DNA of 63,971 bases, filler included, from Octopus bimaculoides (GCF_001194135.2; 9 parts of 8 records of this genome joined end to end with filler, not necessarily neighbours in it), one strand, 5' to 3'. Shown: positions 26,245 to 38,945, counted from the first letter of the whole stretch. Numbers and translations are program-made. The notes: generated from the letters alone by a model not told the origin.

Positions 26245-26579
26245 CCTCTCTCTCCCTCCTCCCCTCTCTCTCTCTCTCTTCACACTTTATTATAGACAGC
26301 GATTTAGATATTGTCACTGATATCTCTTTCTTATCAAACATAAGCCGCTTAAGTACTCTTCGTGATGAAATTCGAATACATTTATTCCATTATCCTACTA
26401 ATCTGTGTGAAACTTGTTATTTTTATTTTAGTAAGCTATGATCAGAAAACGGCGTGAAAAATTATTTGTCAGATTCCTGTAACATCGTTTTTAACATGTA
26501 ATGGTGGTCGAAGCTGCTTTTTCTGTTTTTTTATTTTTGTTTATCATCATGATTATCATTATGATCCCCACCATAGTCA

Positions 26580-26580
26580 C

Positions 26581-26663
<83 letters not shown>
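26580..26663. repeat. (TAT)n microsatellite
   Basis: Direct inspection. Similar tracts at 10080-10145 and 34830-34895. Confidence 0.95.
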
Positions 26664-26665
<2 letters not shown>

Positions 26666-26777
26666 TGGTTTCCGGTTTCCGGGAGGCAAAGAGGCAAATA
26701 TATATTGCTTATATTTTGGATGTATTTNNNNNNNNNNNNNNNNNNNNNNNNNNNNNNNNNNNNNNNNNNNNNNNNNN

Positions 26778-26822
<45 letters not shown>

Positions 26823-28029
26823 TTCTCTTTGTGTATGTTTCTCTTTTCTATAATACAGGTATTAGAAGCTATAATTGGATCGATCACTGGCTGAACGAAT
26901 AAATAGCTAAAGTTTATGTGACACTTTACCGTTCCTGTCACTCTACTGCTGGCAGTTTGGATGTGGAGAATCATGTTGAAGCGGCGGGGGTGAGCGGTAA
27001 TCAAACCAAAGGGAGTGAAAATTCCCGAGCAGGATATTCTATCGACCAGTTTTTGTATGAACGTTTGCTTGTGAATAAATATCGCTTTCTACAGTATTTC
27101 ATTGAATAACTTCTTACATAACAGCAACGTCAAAAGAATTGGAGGAGAGGTGAGGGAAAAGTCGATTGCATCACATTAACTCCAGTACTTGACTGGTATT
27201 TGCTTTATCGATCCTTAACGTTGAAAAGCAAAATCGATAACGGTGAAATTTGAACTCAGTATATTAAAAAAAAAAAAATGAAGTACCGCGAGGCACTTAT
27301 CGCTTGTGCTACTTTGTGCGATTGAACCCGACTACACGGTACTTAGGCGAGTGTCTTTCACTATAATAATAAAGTAGGGGTCAAAAGAGTCCTTAGGTAA
27401 AGAAAACGACTGAGAACCACTCATCAACCATCTGTTCTCTCGAGACTTTAGGTATTTAGTTATTTCCCTTTAACCGTTGCTCTCATTACTTTCTTCCCAT
27501 ATGCGCTCGCACACATTTTATAACTAGCGCCAAAAAACAAAAAGTAATTAAAGTGCGTACATGAAGTTAATTTATGTACAAAAGATTAGTAATTAAGTAT
27601 TATAATTAATGTACATTGAGAGCACTCATACTTTCATCAAAAAAGTTTTTTGCACATTAATAGTTATCAACATTTTTACAGTCTCTATGTTAGAAGCACA
27701 AACATAAATGACCTTAACGCCTATCGAACTCTACAAGGTTTGAGCGAACCCTTATAGACTCCCTTGTTAAGTCGTTCCTGCACAAACTGCACAACATACA
27801 TGATTACGGCTATAAAAGCTCAAACGCAGTATTGAATTAGATTTGGGATTGGTGAGATGTTGGATGCAATGCGATATCATTAGAATTAGTAGAAATAAAG
27901 TTAATTAATTAAACAGTAGGGTCTGGTAATGCAGGGTATTAACTCTAAATTAATGTTGATGATGACAGAAGCAGTAGAGCACAGAACAAAAGAAGGAGTT
28001 GTGGTTCTCCTCTGATGTATGAAATAATT

Positions 28030-28270
28030 ACACGAGCCCGTCGATCGGAACTACGACGATGGGAAATATCAAGACAAGGTGACCCATTGTTTCGTACATT
28101 TCGAGTTCCACGGCGGTCAGAGATGCAAATGTTACTGGTACGTCTACTGATAGTCACATGCTGGAGACTGAAGCACCATCGTCGAGTGCTGTAATGAAGG
28201 CCGCGGAAATCAAGCAGCACAAATACAAGTCACTGCTAGGGACATGAATCTTTCAAATGCTGTCGCAGGT
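28030..28270 (+). mobile_element. Highly decayed CRE-like restriction-like endonuclease domain fragment
   Basis: EPVDRNYDDGKYQDKVT (cf. EP.GL.R.DGKRPDGLT), then after a frameshift RDANVTGTSTDSHM...AAEIKQHKYKSLLGT*IF (cf. WDATV.DT.A.SH...AE..K..KY..L...YIF). Based on recalled motifs only. Confidence 0.55.
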
Positions 28271-28826
28271 AATAAAAGGTATCTTCGTTTAACTTGACAA
28301 ACTTATGATGGCCATTATTATTCTTGGCGAGCAGCGTTTGTGGCCAATAAAAATTATTATTCTTAGCGAGCAAGACGGTGAGCTGGCAGAATCGTTAGCA
28401 TGCCGGACAAACTACTCAGCGGCATTTCTTACGGCTTTTTACGTTTTGAGTTCAAATTCTGCCGAGATCATCTTTACCTTTTCTCTTTTGTGGATCGATC
28501 AAAAGATTCTTCTCAATAAAATTATCATTATTAAGGATATTCCACCGTCTTCTTTTCCATAGTGGAAAGAATTATTTCCAATGACATCTGGTCAAAAATA
28601 ATTAAAATGACGTGTGAGGTAGCCTCTTCTTCACGGCAATGCCAGCTAATTAACTTGTTAATTGTTCGTGTTGTTAATGTTTTGTATGTCAGTGGCTCGA
28701 ATGGAATACTAAACATAAATATCAATTACAAAGAACAATGCAATCGTCATTTAGCTACCAGCACCGCCACCGCGGCCAAAAACGTGTAACACAAGGAGTG
28801 TATAAATCAGAATATTTAACAGTAGA

Positions 28827-29068
28827 CGGCGAGCTGGTAGAAATGCTTCGGGCGAAATGCTTAGCGGTATTTCGTCTGCCGCCACGTTCTGAGTTCAAAT
28901 TCCACTTAGGTCGATTTTGCTTTTCCTCCTTTCGGGGTCGATAAATTAAGTACCAATCAAGTACTCGGGATCGATGTAATCGACTGTCCCCCACAAAGTC
29001 TGTCCCACAAATACTGTCCCACAAAGTCCAGGCCGCAGTATAATGACTGAAACAAGCAAAGGATAAAA
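28827..29068 (+). mobile_element. Chimeric SINE: family B head and core with a family A tail
   Basis: Family B sequence up to GATCGATGTAATCGACT, then three CTGTCCC(CC)ACAAA-like units, then GGCCGCAGT..AATGACTGAAACAAGCAAAGGATAAAAG. Confidence 0.8.
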
Positions 29069-29072
29069 GATA

Positions 29073-29113
<41 letters not shown>

Positions 29114-29884
29114 GTGTGTGTGTGTGTGTGTGTGTTTGGATCTTTGTTCCCCACCACCGTTCGATAACCGGTGTTGTTTCTGCTTACGGCAACAGAAAAG
29201 CACTAGAATGAGTACCAGGCTCAGAAACGTTCGACTAAAAGTTCTACAATGCTGTGCCCCAGCATGGGCGCAGTCTAAGAATAAAACAAGTAAAAAAAAA
29301 TAAAAACAAAAGATAAAAATATATTTTAACACAATTCACCAGTTCTCTGTGTGAAGTAAAACATGCTTTAACAATCACATTAAACAATTCTAATACATTT
29401 ACTGTTTGATTGCTGGAAACGCTTACAGTGAAATTCTATCCGTTTCAAAACGTTTAATAATAATTAGCAGCGAAACCAATTGATTATATCTTTGTGTTGA
29501 ATTCAAACTCGTATACAAACAGATTCATTCGCATACGCATATACACACAGGCGCAGCGTAGGTATATACATAAATAAATGTATATACATGTGCGTATGCA
29601 TATATATATGTATGTGTGTGTATGTGTTTGTGCGAGCGGAAGGGGGTGTATCCGTAAATGTCGTATGTAAGTATAAGTGTGCGTATGTATCTATGTAAAA
29701 ATGTGTTTGCTAACATATATAATATATGTGTGTGTGTGTGTGCTAACATATATATATGTATGTGGGTGTGTATGTGTGTGTTTATATATATATGTGTATA
29801 TACATGCACAAGCACATTTATATATGTGTGTATGCGTTTGTGTGAGTATATGTAATATGTATGTGTGTGTATCTGTGTGTAAAG

Positions 29885-29921
<37 letters not shown>

Positions 29922-30831
29922 NNNNNNNNNNNNNNNNNNNNNNNNNNNNNNNNNNNNNNNNNNNNNNNNNNNNNNNNNNNNNNNNNNNNNNNNNNNNNNN
30001 NNNNNNNNNNNNNNNNNNNNNNNNNNNNNNNNNNNNNNNNNNNNNNNNACACACACACACACACACACACACAAACAAACACACATAACATTATTAAAAT
30101 CTTTTCTACTCTAGGCACAAAGCCCGACTGGTGAGGGAGCCAGTCGATTAGATCGACTCACCACGAAACAGGTACTTAATTTATAGACCCCGAAAGGATG
30201 AAAGACAAAGTCGACCTCGGCGGAATTTGAACTCAGAACGTACAGACACGAAATACCGCTAAGCATTTCATAATTATTAAGCCACGTGCCTTCTCTTGTA
30301 TAATATGTGTTTATGCGTGCGTGTGTGCATGTATGTATCTATGTAAATATGTGTGCCTGGGTGTACGTAAAGTGTATGCTCACATGTCGTATGTTCTTGT
30401 ATGTGTTCGTGTATATGTCGATTAAATAACTGTTTTCTTATGCATTGCTTTATAGTACACTTTCAAAATCAAAGCAATGCAAATGAATATGGAGAGTTAC
30501 ATTCAATTTGTGGTCCTTTGTAGTTATTTTGTGGTTTTTGTGTCTGTGTTTGTTCTTGTGTGCAAGGTATGTTTGGAAGGAGACGTAGTCGTCGTGTTCC
30601 GGGACAACTTTTGACTGCGAGAATTGCTTCTATTCAATAATCGGTAATCAGGAATGATTTCATTTCTGCGCCATAGTATGTCTTCTTTGTCTAGTTATAT
30701 GTACACTTACCAATGTTTCAGACAGACTGATATATGTATGTGTGTGTGTGTATATATTCATACATATATATATATATATATACATTTATGTGTGTGTGTG
30801 TATATATATATATTCATGCATACATACACAC

Positions 30832-30889
<58 letters not shown>

Positions 30890-31397
30890 TATATATATAT
30901 TATCATTATCATTATTATTATAATTACTTAAAACCGTTTGATACGGTTCTGTCCTACTTGAAGTTTCGCAGGCTACTAATGGAAAGTATATACACTCTGA
31001 CATCAAACAATAAGAATTAATGTTCAACACCCAACACCGCATTCATAGATAAATATTTGTGGGTAAACAAGGCAACCGATGGTTTTCTGTGGAGATATTT
31101 TTCACAATTGTCTAAAGCTTGCCACATTGCAATGTTAGTACACGTCTCAATTTTAGATGATCCAAAACAGAGCTGTGGGGTATAGAAACATACGTTGTGA
31201 TGTATTAATAAAGCCTATAAATTTCCATTCACAAGTCATTGTCGTTATTATTATATATATCCTAAGCTGAAAGGAGTTCCACATGTATAACAATGCCAAC
31301 GGATTACACTGGAAAATGGGAGTTACAAGTGGTAACCGACGATGGGAAGCAGAACTTTTAAGAGCGCATTCTGAGGCATTCGCTCGAAACAAATTAA

Positions 31398-31455
<58 letters not shown>

Positions 31456-31985
31456 ATGTTTGTATGTATGTATGTACGTATGTATACAATTGTCTTGGGT
31501 ATGAGTTTAAAAGGAAGTTCTTCAGAGGTGTGTTATTACTTCTTAACATGTATTCTTTTCAGATCTATTCTGATCCGGTTTAGTAGTCCCGGTTAGCGCC
31601 CCAGCTAGGGGATGAACTAGTATGTGAAAGTGAAAGAAAACTATTTCTAGTTAGAACTTCCTTCGAGGAGAAGGTAAAAGCGTATAAAAAGAAAAACGCA
31701 CTTGGTTTCTGGTTGCCTCGACCTTTGTTGTGCGACTCATTTTTATCACTGATTGCGCTGAAAGGGTGACTCAGTGCGGTGCATTTTTTTCTTACTCACT
31801 GAAAATAAATTCATGCGCAGGAAATTCATGGACTCTCAACGTTTGCATAGACTTACTGAGCTTAGCAAGTTGTCCTACTGTTACGAGTTTACTGCTACCA
31901 CATACAGACATACATACATACATACATACATACATACACACACACATACATACATACATACATATATGTATGTATATATATATAA

Positions 31986-32023
<38 letters not shown>

Positions 32024-32117
32024 AAGAAAATGGAGAGGAAAAGAAAAAACAGACAAACGTGGGGACGTAGCACAATAAATGCATTAGTATGATGCTCGGA
32101 GAAAGAAGAGAGTAGTT

Positions 32118-32152
32118 GTTTTACGTTTCGAGCCTAGCTCTTCATCGGAAAC
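32118..32152 (-). ncRNA. Minimal type I hammerhead-ribozyme-like motif (core variant CCGAUGA) in a Penelope-type terminal repeat remnant
   Basis: Minus strand: GTTT CCGATGA A GAGC TAG GCTC GAAA C GTA AAAC. This gives stem I GUUU/AAAC, stem II GAGC/GCUC, GAAA, a palindromic ACGU stem III and a GUA cleavage triplet. Confidence 0.7.
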
Positions 32153-32905
32153 AGGAAAAACAAGAAAGTCCAAAGGGAGAGAAGGAAGGAAAAATCACCA
32201 GCAGTCCACATGCACAAACATATTACACACAGACACACACACACACATACACACACACACGCACACAGTCGTTCACACTTATGTAATCCCATACACGTGC
32301 GTGCACACGAACACACTGATGATACTCGCTCGCACACACAGAGCCTAATCTTTGATTTTTATGACAAAAATCCCTTGAATATTCCGATCGTATTAAACCT
32401 CATCAACAAAGCTTAGTCAAACTGCAAACGTTGCAGCTTGGAATGATTAAAGAAGATAAGGTTTCCGTGAAAGAACATTGAGTAGCGTGGTATCTTAGGT
32501 ACATTTCTGGGCGAACTACCTAGGGACGTCTGCTCCATGTATCATTAACAGTAAAGAAGGTGCTAAGAAATTTAATGTGAAGAAACCTGATGAGAAAAAT
32601 TTCTGCAGGTTTCTGCAGTACACTTAAAGAAAAATCGTATAGTAGATGATGATGATGATGATGATGATGACGACGACGACGACGGTGATGATGATGATGA
32701 TGAAGAATATGATGATATAATGACGGTGAATGAAAATAAAGAAGACATACTAATTTAATTAAATCTAAATGCACGAAAGTTATTTGTCGTTTCAATCATC
32801 GTGTGCAATCACATGAGACTCACAGTTAAAGAACTGACGCTGAAATGATGAAGACACGGAAGACCACATCGAAATGATTAATATTTCTACACACATACAT
32901 GCACG

Positions 32906-32907
<2 letters not shown>

Positions 32908-32972
<65 letters not shown>
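32908..32972. repeat. (CA)n microsatellite; many other (CA)n, (TA)n and (CT)n tracts throughout
   Basis: Direct inspection. Confidence 0.95.
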
Positions 32973-32974
<2 letters not shown>

Positions 32975-33104
32975 GAGGGGATTGTTAACCATGTTATGAA
33001 ATATGAGAATCTCAGCTGTGAGATTCCTAATCTGTAGTGCATAAAGAAGATAGCTATAACACTGAGTCGTGGTTGCATATCTGTAAATGTTGAAAGAGAT
33101 AATA

Positions 33105-34015
33105 CGAGGTTGAATCAAAAGGTTCTCGGACTAATTCTGTAGCGTGTCATCTGATAGCAGCACACAGTCGCGTGTGCAACGTGAACTAGCAGCGACCATT
33201 ATGAGATAGCGTACCGAGCGATATTGCTATGTTTTATTTCGCAAGGTGTGAAATTTGTGTTTTTGTGATCACGTGTATGCTGTAGTCTGCGATTTGGTCA
33301 TGGACAGGAAAAAAAGAGCCAGCGTGAAAGCTTGCGTCACACTCGGAAAGTCTGCTACAGAGATATTGAGCATGCTTCGGCAAGCTTACGGCGACGAGGC
33401 AATGGGTCGTACGCAATGTTTTGAGTAGCATGGGCGCTTCAAAAGCGGAAGGACGTCTCTGGAAAGCAATCTGGAAGACCTGTCAGGAGAGTCAATTCTG
33501 GAAATGTGGTATTGTGCATCGATAATTCGACCCGAGGACCATACCGTCATTTGAGTGTTCTACTGCGAGGTTTGGAAGCGTCTGAGGGAGGACATTCGGT
33601 GAAAGTAACCGGATCAGTGGAGCGCGAAGAATTAGGTTCTTCACGACCACAATGCACTCTGTCACCGAGTTTCTCGCCAAAAATAATATGGTATCTCTTT
33701 CCGCGCCGGCTCTATTCGCCAGATTTAGCACCTGCGGACTTCCATCACTTCTCCAAGATTAAAATGCAGTTTAAAGGTCGTCGTGTTAACACCGTTGTTG
33801 AGATCCAGATCCAGATCCAGATCGAATCGCAGTAGGTCCTCGACTCGCTTACGGAAAACGACTTCCAGACCAATTTTCCAAAAGTGGTAGGAACGCTGGA
33901 ATCAGTTTATTGCTGCGCAGGGTGGCTATTTCGAAGATGATGCTAAAACTTAGGTAAATAAGTTGTTTGTTTTTATCTAACATAACTAGTCCAGGCACCT
34001 TTTGATACCACCTCG
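33105..34015 (+). mobile_element. Internally deleted mariner transposon, both TIRs and TA target duplications preserved
   Basis: Left TA|CGAGGTTGAATCAAAAGGTTCTCGGACTA matches the reverse complement of the right end, TA|CGAGGTGGTATCAAAAGGTGCCTGGACTA. Transposase remnants include TLGKSATEILSMLRQAYGDEAMGRTQCFE and YSPDLAPADFHHFSKIKMQFKGRR. Contains (ATCCAG)4 near 33800. Confidence 0.93.
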
Positions 34016-34314
34016 TACCTGTAACATTAAATTAGGAAGGGTAGCTTATATACAAGTAAATGCGCGATGTATATATATATGTGTGTGCATGTGTATGGAT
34101 ACGCATAGTTACAAACACACACAAGTGTGTGTGTATAAATAAATCTATATATATATGCTGTATTTACTTGTGTATAAATCACACTCTCTTATGCACAATT
34201 TTTAACTAAAAATCTGGTTGCGATTTACAACCGAGGTCGAAATTTTCAATGTTGATATCAGAACCAACACAGGTATAATAATGAAAATAATTATCATTAT
34301 TATACCTGTACATC

Positions 34315-34510
34315 ATGGCGGTAAGCTGGCAGAATCGGCGATATGCTTAGCGGCATTTCGTCCGTCTTTACGTTCTGAGTTCAAATTCCACCGAGGTCGA
34401 CATTGTTTTTCATCCCTTCGGCTCGATAAAATAAATACCCGCTCAAAATTGGAATCGATGTAATCAACTAGCCCCACCCACAAAAATTTGAGGACATGCC
34501 AAAATTTCAA
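34315..34510 (+). mobile_element. Family B SINE copy. Other copies or fragments at ~7140-7320(-), 27140-27300(-), 28372-28500(+), 30130-30270(-), 35600-35822(+), 36310-36510(+), 40190-40350(+), 53600-53720(-)
   Basis: Recurrent TTCTGAGTTCAAATT..GCCGAGGTCGACTTTGCCTTTCATCC motif. Confidence 0.75.
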
Positions 34511-34837
34511 ACCATTATTATTGGTGGTGGCGTTACTATTATAATAATAATTATTATTATTATTTTGTAACTCATTCTGAAAATTTAATTTTATTTCATC
34601 TTTCTGTTCCAACATTAAATGTACAATTAGCCACTTAATTCTACAATTTCAGACAGTGTGTCTATGAAAAAACAGAAAATCTACTTTGAAAATAACCAGT
34701 AATTTATAATATTAAAAAAAAATCACAAGAGAAATGACGCCAGTTAAATGTTGCGTATACTAGAATTATACAAACTGTCGCTAGTTATATTGACAGTTCC
34801 AGCAATAATTCTACTGTACCTTTTTTTATTTCTTTTA

Positions 34838-34896
<59 letters not shown>

Positions 34897-35179
34897 GTTC
34901 AGTAGTTTTATTTTTATAACGTGCTTTCACTTCACTACCGAGCGCAGCTCTGTGCGCCTTGGGTATGTGCTGTGGTTTGCTGTAGTGCTCTTATGTTTAC
35001 TGTATTGAAAGTGTTTTGCGTAGAATGTGTGCAGTACCCAGTAGTGCAATTTTGTGTATGTTATATATATTTGTGAGTCCTGGTGTTTTTGTTATGTATT
35101 TGTCTGAATATTTTTTTATTATGCCTAAGGCACCTACTATGATAGGAATTGTTTCTGTTTTTAGATTCCACATTCGAGT
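34897..35179 (-). mobile_element. 3' end of an R4/Dong-like (restriction-like endonuclease) non-LTR retrotransposon
   Basis: Minus strand 35179-34997 reads TRMWNLKTETIPIIVGALGIIKKYSDKYITKTPGLTNIYNIHKIALLGTAHILRKTLSIQ* (IPxxVGALG...LLGTAHILR pattern). A ~100-bp 3' UTR abuts a (TAA)n tract, and the 5' side runs into a gap. Confidence 0.8.
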
Positions 35180-35279
35180 NNNNNNNNNNNNNNNNNNNNN
35201 NNNNNNNNNNNNNNNNNNNNNNNTTAATTAATTAANNNNNNNNNNNNNNNNNNNNNNNNNNNNNNNNNNNNNNNNNNNN

Positions 35280-35332
<53 letters not shown>

Positions 35333-37577
35333 CGCGCGCGTATCTTTAAATAAAAAGAAGCACCACATCTACCAACAGTTTTCTATTTATTATAGTGTCA
35401 TAGGATTTCGTTGTTCTCCAGGTCAGCCATGCGCTAACCAAAGGGCATTTCAAGCGTACTCTGTCCTATCTTACCACCACTGCCTTTTATTTTAATGCCG
35501 ACGCTGTAATATATCAGTGACTACTGATGTCATTCCTTTTATTAGTGGGTAAGATATAATTTGAGGGAGATTTTGCTGCCACTTCTAAATGTGACGACCA
35601 TGCGTGTTGGCAGAATCGTTATGGCGTCGGAGAAAATACCTTGTAGTATTCGCTCTGGTTCTTTATGGTCTGAGTTCTAATCTTGCCGAGGTCGACTTTG
35701 TTGCCTTTCATCCTTCCGTGGTCACTAAATAAACTACCAATCAAGTACTGATGTCGATAGACTCAACTACCCCCCCCCCCTCTTTTCAAAATTGCTGGCT
35801 TTGTGCCTAAATCAGAAACCGTTACTATTGTTTAATCTCAGATCAGTTCTGATCGATCAGATTTAGGATCAGTAGTAATTCATCCGTGACTATCGTCTTA
35901 CTTGTTTTAGTAATGTCTCTAGGTTTACATCATCCATTATAAACTTTCTCATTTTTTTTAAGCGGTAGTATAATATAAGTAAGATTTAGCTGCTATTTCT
36001 AACATTTCAAACAACCACGTAGAGGCTCCCATGTCAAATTTCATTGTTTAGTATATCTGGTGGGTATTACTAATCTCAGCCGCATCTGTCCTATAGTCTG
36101 CTTTGTCTTTATCTCCACATCCCCTCCCTTCCCATCGCCTTTTCCACTCCTACCCTCACCCCCATTCTTATCTCCATTTTCTCCCCTCCACCTGCTTTAA
36201 ATACATCAGCACTTGTTTACTAAATTGATGTTAATGCTTGCGACGCGACTATTTATTTCCAAATTTCTACATCCTGTTGGTGGATACTGAGCGAGCATTG
36301 CTATATTCTTATGTTATTACCGCTAACATCATGCGACTGTCTTTATGTCGTTCTGAGTTCGAATTCCAACGAGGTCGGTAGTTTCCTTTTTATCTTTCAC
36401 CGGGTTGATTGGAATGAAGCACCGGTCAATGTATTAGGTTGATATAATCGTCTGCACCTTTACCACCCCTCTTTCGATGTAAAAAGTAGATGTGACCTTG
36501 TGAATATGTCAAACTATTATTATTGTTGAAGCCAGGATAAAAATCAATAAAGAAGCGGATTAAATTGTTTTTTCATATAGTTACGTCCCTTTATGTTCCG
36601 AGTTCAAACCTCGCTTATGTCAACCTGGCCTTTTATCTCCAAGTGAGTCTATAGAAGAGAAGTGCAAGTCATGTACTGCGATAGTCTAATCGTCAACATC
36701 TAAAATAATTGGTTTTTCTACATATGTTGGAAATCCTCATCAACATCTGTTGTAGTAGTAGGAGGAGGAGGAGGAGGAATATTCTTTCCACCCGACCTCC
36801 TGGCAAGGTAGTTGTTCGGTCTTCTGATATATTAGTTCTTTGCTTGGAACTGGTTTCATTAGAGCAGGTTTCGGGGCCTCTTCACATAAACCTATGAAGA
36901 GCTACACCTTGAAAAAAAGAAAACCAATCTTATCGAAGGCTGCCGATCGAACATTATCAATGATCACAGCAACAGAAAAAGATATTGAAATGTTGGCTTA
37001 GAAATACTAGACTTGATATTTCTTGGCATGCTCAGCGAAAGGACATTTCTTTCATTTAACACCTTTGAAAAAGTGTATTTTACCTGAAATCTTGAAACTA
37101 TCATATTTACCTATGCGCACCTCTAATTTTGTGTTAAATCTTGTTACGAGACTTTTTCCCTATTATAGTTTTATCTTTCCCTCAATTTTATCAGTTAAAA
37201 TCGTGTATAAAGCAGTGACTTATACACGAGTAAATATGGTAATTAAATATATCTTAGTTAACATTTCACAAGCCTCATTATTTTTGGTTTTTAATTTTTG
37301 ACTTGCCTATCCACAGCCTTCTATAATACTAATTTTCTGCATATTTATCAGTGCTTCAAGCAAGTTACAAAACTTTCGTCCTCTTTAAGTTTCTTAGGTG
37401 GCTGAAATGAAATAGCAGTCACCTGCTCAGATTGATTAAATCCTCTCTTTTGTTCTGCTTTAACTCCAATAGAAATATAGATTATTTATGTTACTAAATA
37501 TCTTTTGTTTCAGTCATTGGACTGCAGCCATGTTGAGACCCTACTTTGAAGAGTCTTGATAGAACAGAATGATTCCC

Positions 37578-37813
37578 TGAAGGCGGCGAGCTGGCAGAAA
37601 CGTTAGCACGCCGGGCAAAATGCTTAACGGTATTTCGTCTGCCGTTACGTTCTCAGTTCAAATTCTGCCGAGGTCAACTTTGCCTTTCATCCTTCCAGGG
37701 TCGATAAAATTAAGTACCAGTTACACACTGGGGTCGATGTAATCGACTTAATCCCTTTGTCCGTCCTTGTTTTCCCCCTCTATGTTTAGCCCCTTGTGGG
37801 CAATAAAGAAATA
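37578..37813 (+). mobile_element. SINE family B (tRNA-like head GGCGGCGAGCTGGCAGAA), full copy with a 12-bp target-site duplication
   Basis: TSD AGAATGATTCCC (37566-37577) / AGAATGATCCCC (37814-37825). B-box-like GAGTTCAAATT; central GCCTTTCATCCTT...GGGTCGATAAA..AAGTACC domain. Confidence 0.9.
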
Positions 37814-38048
37814 AGAATGATCCCCAGTACTTATGTTTTATGTCTGATGCTCATTAGTGTCTTAATACTGAACCACCAACTTGCAGGGACATAAACTAAC
37901 ACCAGTTGTCAAGCAGTGGGGTAGGAAAACTACAGGCACAAAGACATATACATAGTGGGGTTATAAGTAGGAGACTTCCCAAGATGTCATACAGTGTGAC
38001 TGAAACCACATAATTGCAAAGTGAGATTCTAAACTGCACAACCACATT

Positions 38049-38452
38049 TCTCTTTTACTTGTTTCAGTCATTTGACTGCGGCCATGCTGGAACACCGGCT
38101 TTAGTAGAGCAAATCGACCCCATGACTTATTCTTTGTAAGCCTAGTACTTATTCTATTGGTTTCTTTTGCCGAACTGCTAAGTTACAGTGGACGTAAACA
38201 TACCAGTATCGGTTGTCAAGCGATGTTGGAGGGAACAAACATACATACATATATATATATATATAAATTACTTATACACACATACATATATGACAGGCTT
38301 CTTCCAGTTTCCGTCTACCAAATCCACTCACAAGGCTTTAGTCGGCCCGAGGCTATAGTAGAAAACACTTGCCCAAAGTGCCACGCAGTGGGACTGAACC
38401 CGGAACTATGTGTTTGGTAAGCAAGCTACTTACCACACAGCCACTCCGTGCC
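38049..38452 (-). mobile_element. SINE family A, near full length, inserted at the head of an older family A copy (37501-38048)
   Basis: High similarity to 20227-20625. The older, diverged copy is visible at 37501-37577 and 37814-38048. Confidence 0.85.
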
Positions 38453-38945
38453 TGTTAACTTCAATGTTGTTGTTTGTAGGTTTACCCATTTTATTAGTAT
38501 TTTGACAAGAAAAGGATTCAATTTCTGCAGGATTTGAAATCAAATGTAAAGCAAAAGCATTGTCATATCTCAGGGTTGTTAGTTGTAGAAACACTAGTAA
38601 ATGATTCTTCATGGTTTAGCTACATCCCTTCACATTTTGGATTCAAATCCTGTCAGAATCCATTAAATAAGTATCAGTGGTGTACTGGGGTAAAGCAATT
38701 TTTCTCAGCTGTTGCCTCTACTCTCCTTCATAAGAACATTTGCTTTGTTGTTATAAGAGTGATGATTAACCCAAATTAGACTATGTCAAACGAAATATGC
38801 CTTGTCGAGGTGAGTTATACCCCTTTACCTAGTTAAAATCCATAAGGGTAAGGATTAACCCTTTAATTGCAATATAAAATTTTTTCCCAAAAAATAGAAT
38901 TGGTATTTTTTGCATGTCATGTTGCCTCATTGAACGTGACATATA

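Noticed and set aside
17880-28000. Search for the terminal peroxidase exon (CxxxPxxxLxxW)
   Set aside because: No AG-bounded phase-2 candidate gave the expected motif. It may lie in a gap or be too divergent.
31620-31830. Cluster of IRF-like (GAAAGTGAAA, 31626-31635), AP-1 (TGACTCA, 31767-31773) and NF-kB-like motifs
   Set aside because: Short motifs expected by chance in AT-rich DNA, with no linked promoter or conservation evidence.
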